Origin: Octopus bimaculoides
Taxonomy: Eukaryota
DNA length: 64,000 nt
Direction: 5' to 3'
Assembly (NCBI RefSeq): GCF_001194135.2
Contig: NC_068999.1
Span: 1,469,708 to 1,533,707, forward strand
This document shows, one piece after another, positions 54,417-64,000 of this stretch. Both the position numbers and the translations under genes were made by a program. Position 1 is the stretch's first letter; the number at the start of each line of letters is the position of its first letter. The notes below the pieces were generated by a model, which was not told the origin of the DNA, did no database searches, and saw nothing but the letters and a program-made list of their open reading frames with translations.

Positions 54417-54463
<47 letters not shown>

Positions 54464-54759
54464 ATTTTTGCTAAAATACTGTCATATTTTTACCTACACA
54501 ACTTCGTTATTAAATATGCATACATAATCATGAGCAATATGTATACCTACATGTCTGTATATACATATATTTATGCTTATATCATGAATACATATTTGTG
54601 TACATACATAGCCACAGGCTATATACATATTTACACCTTTATATATCTATATATATATATATATATATATATAAAGAAATATATCGGTGTGTATGTATGT
54701 ATATATATATGTATATATGTATATACATATATATGTATGTGTATGTATGTGTACGTATA

Positions 54760-54836
<77 letters not shown>

Positions 54837-56277
54837 CAAATATATCCAATATAAACATATATATCAGAGAGAGCGAGAGAGAGAGAGAAACACAGAGGGA
54901 TAAGGAAAGAGAGGGAAGGTGAGAAAGAGAATGATACTTATATAGAGTAAGAGTGAGGAAAAGCTAGAAAGTTGTATTCCGCAAATTTAAAATTAAACTA
55001 TTGCCTTCTTTATATATTTTCATTCATTTTAAACTTTGGAAAAGAAAACTAACGTTAATTCTTCACTTGCTAGCAGCTGAATATTACATCGCAAAATACC
55101 GCTACCTGTCAAACATCACATGTTGACATTGCAGCTGCTGCTGCTATTATAATACTGGTGACCGTTGTTGCCATTACTTCTACCGTTACGTCGTCTAATC
55201 CGTTGTGATTTGAACTGAGTGCATGAGTGTATAGACAGTCAGAATGTCAAGGCATACAAAAATAATCTTGGGGTAAGACAACACTTGGGCAACATGTCCC
55301 TGAGTGATATATTGCAACCCATATAGTTGTGTCCTATAAGGTGGATACAACTTCATCGATATATCCTGAAATGTAGTGGCCAATATACTCAGTTAGCATA
55401 CAGATGGTGAAGCTATGGAATATACTGTGCGTGGAGGATGAAAAACACATTTGTGGTTCACGCTTAATAACTTCGTCGAAAGCCCAAGTTTTTTTCTGGC
55501 GATGCTCATCAGTGAGAACAGCACAACAAAAACGAGAACCAATACCAAAAATAAAACAATATTGATGACCAGAACAACAGCAAAAGAGATCAGCGAAAAT
55601 CAAACAAGAACGACGACTAGAAGAACAATCAGATAAACGATAAGGAAAACGCCAACAACCACCAGAACAACAAAACAGTAAAAATAAAAATCAGCAACAA
55701 TAGCCATGACCCGAACAAGAATATAAATGACAACAAAAATAACAATTAACGCAGTAGTAATTATCTGTAATAGCATTCGTCTGTTCACAACGTGTTCGAC
55801 TGTTACGTTTACAAGAAACGTCGATCTTCTGATGTTAGCCAGAACAACTGAAATTAATGCAGCATTTTAAAAGACGGTGCACGATGTCTAGAGAAGAATA
55901 TTTGGTTGCTATTTCTGCCAAATTGTGTATCCGCAGAGTTCTACGTCGATAGAAAATAAATAATTTTTACAAGTAAAATGTAATGATTTTGGCAGATTGA
56001 ACACCGTAAATATCGATGAATGATTGATTCAGTTACAATGTAAACGGGCTCTAACTTTTCCTATGGGGAAAACGTTGCGTATGAAACTTTTCTAGATAAA
56101 AATAATTCCAATTTGAATATATTTGGAGTATTTTAGCTTTTTGCTGGCAGAATTCAGAAACTGGAACCGGAAACAAAGTGAAGCCAATAGAAAGACCCTA
56201 TTGCTGTTAGACGGCTTTTCCTTACGGGTTTTGCTGTCTGCCGCTGTCTCATACTATTGAAAGAAGCAATTACGATA

Positions 56278-56338
<61 letters not shown>

Positions 56339-57900
56339 NNNNNNNNNNNNNNNNNNNNNNNNNNNNNNNNNNNNNNNNNNNNNNNNNNNNNNNNNNNNNN
56401 NNNNNNNNNNNNNNNNNNNNNNNNNNNNNNNNNNNNNNNNNNNNNNNNNNNNNNNNNNNNNNNNNNNNNNNNNNNNNNNNNNNNNNNNNNNNNNNNNNNN
56501 NNNNNNNNNNNNNNNNNNNNNNNNNNNNNNNNNNNNNNNNNNNNNNNNNNNNNNNNNNNNNNNNNNNNNNNNNNNNNNNNNNNNNNNNNNNNNNNNNNNN
56601 NNNNNNNNNNNNNNNNNNNNNNNNNNNNNNNNNNNNNNNNNNNNNNNNNNNNNNNNNNNNNNNNNNNNNNNNNNNNNNNNNNNNNNNNNNNNNNNNNNNN
56701 NNNNNNNNNNNNNNNNNNNNNNNNNNNNNNNNNNNNNNNNNNNNNNNNNNNNNNNNNNNNNNNNNNNNNNNNNNNNNNNNNNNNNNNNNNNNNNNNNNNN
56801 NNNNNNNNNNNNNNNNNNNNNNNNNNNNNNNNNNNNNNNNNNNNNNNNNNNNNNNNNNNNNNNNNNNNNNNNNNNNNNNNNNNNNNNNNNNNNNNNNNNN
56901 NNNNNNNNNNNNNNNNNNNNNNNNNNNNNNNNNNNNNNNNNNNNNNNNNNNNNNNNNNNNNNNNNNNNNNNNNNNNNNNNNNNNNNNNNNNNNNNNNNNN
57001 NNNNNNNNNNNNNNNNNNNNNNNNNNNNNNNNNNNNNNNNNNNNNNNNNNNNNNNNNNNNNNNNNNNNNNNNNNNNNNNNNNNNNNNNNNNNNNNNNNNN
57101 NNNNNNNNNNNNNNNNNNNNNNNNNNNNNNNNNNNNNNNNNNNNNNNNNNNNNNNNNNNNNNNNNNNNNNGAGGAGGAGGAGGAGGAGGATGCAGTGATG
57201 ATACGATAATGACGTTGACGAAATTGTTGATGGTGAAAATTACGATAATGAAAATGATGATGATGATGATGATGATCATAATCATCATTATCATCATCAT
57301 CATCATCATGGTGGTGGTAGTGGTGGTGATGGTGGTATGATGATGATGCGTTTGGGAAGGGAGTAGTAGTAGAGGAGGAATTTTGGAAGAGGAGAAAAAT
57401 TGAACGACGAGTCCAAGCACTGTGACTGATTGGGATGAAAATGTGTTCGATGAAATCGATTGCAGAATTTATTAATTGCTACTTACTTTATCGATCGACA
57501 CCGACTGGAACGAGGAAATAAAAGATTATAACCCCATCAGCCGATGACGATGACGACGATGAACACATCAATAACAACAGCAACAACAACATTGAGAAAT
57601 GGAGAAATATTTGATCACAGTGTAAACAATAAGACTCAGTGACAGGGAACCAGTTGTAGGATGGTATGGACGGTGCAAAGGAAGGGAGAGCGTGGNNNNN
57701 NNNNNGGAGGAGGAAAAGGAGGAGGAGGAGGAAAAGGAGGAGGAGGAGGAGGAGGAGGAAGACGAAGACGAAGAAGAAGAAGAAGAAGAAGAAGAAGAAG
57801 AAGAAGAAGAGAATGAAGAAAAGCAAAGTGGAAGAGAATAAAGGAACCCCAGAAAAAGATCAAATATGGTAGTAGGAAGAGCAATACCCACAACAAAAGC

Positions 57901-57947
<47 letters not shown>

Positions 57948-58481
57948 ACTGTGATGCTGGTTAGAGGTGAAGGAGGAGGACGATGAGGTGGTAGAGGTGG
58001 AGGTAGAAATAGATGTGAGGTAAGAGAAGGAGATGCGTTAGTAGCAGTTATGAAGATATATACATTTTGAAATTCAATTTATTTAATCATCTCCAACAGA
58101 TATGCCAAAATCTGATCGTTCATTATCATTTATGAAAACACGGACACTGTGTACATTACGAGAATATACGAGATTTTGTTGATATACGGTGGACAGCACG
58201 GAGAGAGAAACAGCAAGTTGTCATAGTCACGAAGTTTGTAATGGAAGAGAGATTTTAATTAAAGGAGAGAAGAAAGCTTGTAAGGCAGCTGGTTGCCAGA
58301 GGAGACAACGGAACTATTTGCGTATTGGAAGAGAAGACAAGAAAATTATAAAGAAATTGATATTAGGAATGTTTGAAGAATGGTTACAGGCTGCAGGCTA
58401 AGACCAAACCTTTTGGAATTTGTTAATACATCAAAAAAAGTCAGGGGAAAGAGGGAAAGAGTAAGAGAGAAAGAGGGAGAA

Positions 58482-58484
<3 letters not shown>

Positions 58485-58542
<58 letters not shown>

Positions 58543-58595
58543 GAGAGAGAGAGAGAGGGAGAAAGAGAGAGAGAGAGAAAGAGAGAAAGAGTGAC
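58485..58595. repeat. (AG)n microsatellite
   Basis: Directly visible. Confidence 0.9.
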
Positions 58596-60034
58596 TGAAT
58601 GACGTATAATTTAGGTGAAGTTCCTGTTTTGGTTCTGGAAACAATACGCAACCTAGCGGTAATCATTTCTGACTCCTACAAGGGGAGTTAATTGCAACTA
58701 ATTAAGAATTAATTGCAGATCATGTATTTAAATTGTCATACAAGTTTTCGAGTCTATTCCCTGCTAGTGATGGCATTTCAAAAGCGGCAGGAGGGCCCCT
58801 AGGTGTCATTACTTTAGAGCCATGAAACAGGCTGAAATATTTGTTTAACGGAAGTTCTGCTACAGAATTCCCCTATTGTCCTTTTACCTCCAATCAATTT
58901 TCCAGATAAAAATACATCAAAAGGATCCCGCCCTTACTCGCCCGACATCCACAATTGCCAGTTCTGACCCCTTGAATGATTAGATATTTTCCACCAATTT
59001 GCAGTATTCATCAACAGAAAATACGAACTATTTCATTGCTGACATGAGAGGTACGCCCTATTGCGGACTTCAAGCCACTGGACACATCATGCTGGTTGCT
59101 CCACAACTAAGGGCAGGTTACTACGGGCTGACTTTCCAGCCTTATACATTTACTGTAACCTCCTTAGTATACGTGGACGTGAGTGCGGGCACGTACTCAT
59201 ACACACACGAACATAACTACTTATCTACGATTTTCCTCTCTTCACCGCAAGCCGAAGTCAAATCTTGTTAATGGCCAATGACTCTGTTGCGATTGCGTTA
59301 CCATACATTAGTCTTGCTCATAGAGAAATATCAGAGGCACGCATATACACGCACTCACACACACCAGAAGTAACCACACGCATTCGCGTTCACACAGATA
59401 AACACGTATATATCTGTACACATGCATGTAAACACAGAAATATGCATACTCACGTGTATTCGTCATTCAGACGCCCACACACGCACACACACGCGCGCAT
59501 CCCAAACGCGTCTTTGCACACATGCACAAACGGTGGAGACTTAATGGAAACGGTTTTGCGCACACGCACACACAGACAACTGTTTCACACGCAACTGAAA
59601 CACCTAAACGACGCAAGCACTCACACATAGCTATACGCAGCCGCACCCATATTGCGCACTTACACTTTAGCAAACACATATAAACACATAGCAGACACAC
59701 ACACATCACCACGCACAAACTCACATAGCGTTCACACACACACACACACACACACACAACCACACATACACACACACACCCTCGATGGCCATCCATTTGA
59801 CGTCGCTTGAGTTCATTCCAGCTGCATACAGACAGAGGGGCGCCAACAGCTACGCAATCCAAGAATTTCAGTTTGGGATCTCTTTTTTTCGCAGGATCTG
59901 ATGTCGCTGGGGTTTAAATTCCATTTCTAACCACAAAAGGTGACACAACTCGACAAAAAGCAACCCAGTTTCCAGTAGCCCTCTGCGGCACCCTGCATCT
60001 CTTCGTTCGGCTGTATACACATATGAATCCATCC

Positions 60035-60069
<35 letters not shown>

Positions 60070-60117
60070 CATCTATCTATCTATCTATCTGTCTGTCTGT
60101 CTGACTGACTGTCTGTC

Positions 60118-60176
<59 letters not shown>

Positions 60177-60816
60177 GTTATTATTATTACTTAGATATTT
60201 CCTTTCAGCTTCAGTATATATATACACGTATGTATATATGTATATATGTTATATGTTTATATACACACATGTATATTTAGTAGAAAAAGCAGAACTAAAA
60301 CTCAATGCGTGAGTGTATATGCGTAGTTATTTTATTACATTTAGCAGTCAAAAAGTCAAATAAGTGAGTTTCATACCTGTCACCTATCAAATTTGATAAT
60401 AAGAGAAAAATTTAAAATACACTCTTGTTCCCTCTCCCACAGTAGTTCAGACACACGCGTGTATATATACATATATATACACTCTTTCTAAATTACGTAC
60501 CAACAAGGAGACCAACATGGTAATTATATGGAATTTTTTCTTTAAAAATCGCCATTGTTATATACGAAGTAAAGTAACATGACATCAGTTGCACTTCTTG
60601 TAATATCAGCGTACGTTGATAATGCACGTGTTGGTGGCAGCTATATTTATTATATTTCTATTATATTATTTTTATATTTGTCTTATTTCTGTATTTGTCT
60701 TTTCTTTCTAAACCATGATATCATTTTTCTTGTATATTTTGGTTCTTAACATGTTTTGACTCTAATTAAACCGCGTTCAGACATAACGTAGAAACATGAA
60801 AATTATTTTGATATTG

Positions 60817-60863
<47 letters not shown>

Positions 60864-61372
60864 CATTATTATTATTTTATTTTTATTATTATTATTTTAT
60901 TTTTATTCTTGTTGTCATTTTAATATTTCATTTCAGTTTCATTCTCTTTACAACACATTTTCAACACTGTAAAAGTATTTCATATTTCAACTCTGGTAAA
61001 ATCTTATTTTTATCTCAGATATTATACATTATTTGCAAGTATCAATTTGCTTTAGTTTGCAAAAATCTTGACATGTATAAATCTTTTCGACATGTTTGTT
61101 TACACCATGTTGTCTTTTCCTATATTTTTTCTTAATAATATTTTTTATGACTTTTTTTTTCCAAAGTCAAACTTGCTTTGATATTACATTAGTTTCTAGA
61201 ACTCCATCTTTATAGCACCGAGTTTTTCAGATTCAACAATGTTTTTTTTTTTTATATTAATTTAATTCTAAACTTTGTTTGATCAGATTATTGATATTAT
61301 ATTTTAGTTTTATATACTTGAATTTTTAAAATATTATGTTTATAGATTTAAGTTTATTTCATTTTTATTCAG

Positions 61373-61445
61373 TCATCCAATGTCAAGAATGAAAGCATAA
61401 CACTCGGGATTTCAAATAATTCTAGACAAAATACCATTGCCAGTG
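61373..61445 (+). CDS. Candidate penultimate exon (73 nt; SSNVKNESITLGISNNSRQNTIAS), product unknown
   Basis: Acceptor gtttatttcatttttattcAG and donor AGTG|GTAAGA. Only one frame is open (phase 0 to phase 1). Confidence 0.45.
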
Positions 61446-62283
61446 GTAAGAACAAACGTAGAGGCAATAGTGTCTGAAGAATGCCCTCATTTACCATTTA
61501 TACATAGGAATTGCATATACTTCGCTTTCGGTTCAAAGAGCTAGCGTTTGTTTTTCTGAGGTTTCGTAATGTCTTATCTGGTAAAACGAATCAAGAACAA
61601 TCTCTTGAACAGTTTGATCAATCATCAACGAGACGTATTAAATACTGATAAATCTTTTTTTTTTTTAAATCACTGAAAATATTAAGCTTAAAGGGGAGTC
61701 TGGGAAGTCATTTGTGTTCATTTATAGATAACAATAGAAGTGTCCAAACAAGTTTTAGTAAATAAATATGGTCTATTAAAGACAGAAACAAAGACTGTAC
61801 TATCAGTTGGGAATTAATTTGCATTACAAAACCATTTAGACCTGGAGTGTAATAAGTGTGACCCATGTTTAGAAGAATTTTAACAATTTGTACATCTACG
61901 AGCAATGTAATAAATTCTAGACAGGAACAAGCTTTAAGATGATTGTACATGACAAAATTCACATTTGCTCAATATAACTGAGTAATAAACATTTAAGCAA
62001 CAGAATGCTTTAAAATAACGGGCTATAAGTGATTATCGAATCTAAACTTGAATTGAAGATGTTTCGTGTCTAACTTAACGAACCACTCTTCATCATAAAA
62101 TGCAGAGCAGATAAACGAGAGACTTTTCTTCGGATAGAATCTTGTATTTCTATTACGATTCTCTTTTTGACTCGACATTTAATGAGGTACTGACTTCCGA
62201 GACCCGTTGCAAAATTACTGAACCATAGTTTCTTCTCATTCACACTTGAAACGCAAACATTGACATATTTCGTTTCCCCTCAG

Positions 62284-62308
62284 GAACCATTGTATCTATA
62301 TTTCTATG
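62284..62308 (+). CDS. Candidate 25-nt micro-exon
   Basis: Acceptor ttgacatatttcgtttcccctcAG and donor ATG|GTTAGT. Confidence 0.3.
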
Positions 62309-62599
62309 GTTAGTTGGTAGAATGAATTTTGTTTTTACCAAGACCAAGCTCTGTTATGTAATCCTTTATATTTGAAAGTCTCGAAAGACATTGGGCATTC
62401 CTTGTTGGAAAATGTGGGCTGCAATTTCTAGTAGGTCAAACACACTTATAGAGAGCTCTCACTGGTTTCAAGCCTACTATTTTAGACTTTATACTCGGGT
62501 GGTTAAACCATTTTCGATAAGCCATGATCCTCAACTTTTATGTAGAAACTTGTAAATATTTCCAAGATTTTATATCTAATATTATTTTTTGTTTCTTAG

Positions 62600-62661
62600 T
62601 GGATGCCATCTACAGAGAAACATATGAAAATCTATATAAGCTGTTTCACATGCACAAATGA
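62600..62661 (+). CDS. Candidate terminal coding exon (VDAIYRETYENLYKLFHMHK*), product unknown
   Basis: Acceptor tctaatattattttttgtttcttAG; phase-compatible with 61373-61445; TGA at 62659-62661; non-repetitive putative 3' UTR with AATAAA at about 63358. Confidence 0.4.
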
Positions 62662-63118
62662 GATTTCCATAGGAGATTGGTGATGTATGAATACAGAGAA
62701 CATCAAACGGTACAACAACATACATATTTCACAAATATCGGAAGATCATTCTAAACGTAGATTCCCCAATACACAGACTCTTGGGGAATAACTAATCAAA
62801 GAAAATCATTATAACATATTTGACATAATCTAAATACTGAGTATTGATGTCCAGCATATATTATATCGACTGTATATTTTCTATATGTTCGATTTTTACA
62901 GCCAACTTTATGTGAAACTACAGAGTAACATTTAAGAAGATGAGCTGCCCGTGGTTTGTTTCATGCCCTCAGTGCTATGCTCTAAATACACACATACACA
63001 CATATACAGGTCATATTTTGTGTAGTAAAATATATCATGGATAGCGGCTATCGTTATTGCATACCCTTGTAAACTTGTGACATAAAAGCGATTTACGCTC
63101 ACTTTTATCCTCTTTATG

Positions 63119-63157
63119 CTGACGTCAAACGAGAATAACCAATCACACGGGCCAATG
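63119..63157. promoter_or_regulatory. Candidate promoter module: CRE (TGACGTCA) plus two CCAAT boxes
   Basis: TGACGTCA at 63120-63127; aaCCAATcac (63139-63143) and ggCCAATgaa (63152-63156). Motif match only. Confidence 0.35.
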
Positions 63158-63594
63158 AAGGAAGCGCTACAGGCTTACTGGAACTGTTATGAATTAAGTC
63201 AATGATGGAATCTGTAAATGGTCGCCGACACAGCTAGAAACACTAGCTTTTACTATTAACATTAATTGATTAATGCTATCCATAGATTACATTATGTCGG
63301 GGGAAAATTAAGACAGGTCCTTTGATCGTACGTTTATTCAACTTTAGGTGACTTGGAATAAATAACAGAATCACCTGATAAAAATAACCAGTAAATGTCC
63401 CTCAAATATCCTACAGTTTTAGAAAAAAGATGCAGTTATATGAAATAATGCAGGTTGTGAAATGATCGGAAACATTTGCAACGGGAGCGTATTTAAACAC
63501 GTTTTAGAAAGCTGACCTGGCACAAGTTAAGGGTTTCTGGGTGAGAATTTAATCAGACAATCCTATTGATTTGTGTTATTACTATGCTCCCAGC

Positions 63595-63765
63595 AGTGAG
63601 CGGACAGAATGGTCAGCACGCCGCGTGAAATGCTTAGCGGCATTTCGTCCGTCTTTACGTTCTGAGTTCAAATTACGTTACGGTCGAGCTTGCCTTTCTT
63701 CTTTTTCGGGGTCGATAGAATAAGTACCAGCTATTCACTGGGATCGATGTGATCACCTTAAGTGA
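63595..63765 (+). mobile_element. SINE family A
   Basis: agcacgccgcgtgaaatgcttagcggcatttcgtccgtctttacgttctgagttcaaatt...ttcggggtcgatagaataagtaccag. Confidence 0.9.
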
Positions 63766-63784
63766 TTCTAATATCAGATCGCAC

Positions 63785-63970
63785 TGTATGGCGGTGAGCT
63801 TGCATGCCGGACAAAATGCATAGCAACATTTCGTCCGTCTTTACGCTCTGAGTTAAAATTTCGCTGAGGTTGATCTTACCTTTCATTCTTTCAAGGTCGA
63901 TAAAAAAATTACACGCTGAGCATTGGGGTCCTCCACCGAAATTGCAGCCCTTTTGACAACATTTGAAACT
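63785..63970 (+). mobile_element. SINE family A (second, head-to-tail with the previous copy)
   Basis: ggcggtgagcttgc...gcatttcgtccgtctttacgctctgagttaaaatttcgctgaggttgatc...aaggtcgataaaa. Confidence 0.85.
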
Positions 63971-64000
63971 AATGTCAAACAATACTAATATGATGGAATG

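Noticed and set aside
56130-56255. Peptide ...NRKTLLLLDGFS resembling the pogo/Tigger DDE RKILLLLDN motif
   Set aside because: Single short motif with no supporting upstream or downstream transposase similarity.
58250-58400. Possible RTE LINE relic (IKKLILGMFE)
   Set aside because: Similarity too weak to distinguish from purine-rich noise.

Overview
AT-rich eukaryotic DNA from a gapped draft assembly. Eleven N-gaps (2448-2863, 4640-5058, 10188-10589, 12064-12094, 15151-15226, 28413-28653, 48936-48945, 49193-49815, 53089-53435, 56339-57170, 57696-57705) mostly abut microsatellites. The dense SSRs and the SINE sequences match what I recall of octopod cephalopod genomes (inference, not database-checked). 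The window is largely intronic or intergenic. It holds more than 20 copies of about five short interspersed repeat families, decayed LINE fragments (two R4/Dong-like, one Ingi/Vingi-like, one CR1-group, one RTE-like), Penelope-like termini (one with a near-complete minimal hammerhead ribozyme fold) and a candidate inverted-repeat element. No complete gene can be identified, and nearly all long ORFs in the supplied track are microsatellite or gap artefacts. A few short, well-bracketed + strand exon candidates (17150-17222, 38941-38990, 61373-61445, 62284-62308, 62600-62661) could belong to one large unidentified gene, but this is unproven. I found no rRNA, true tRNA or CRISPR, and no convincing novel multi-gene system.
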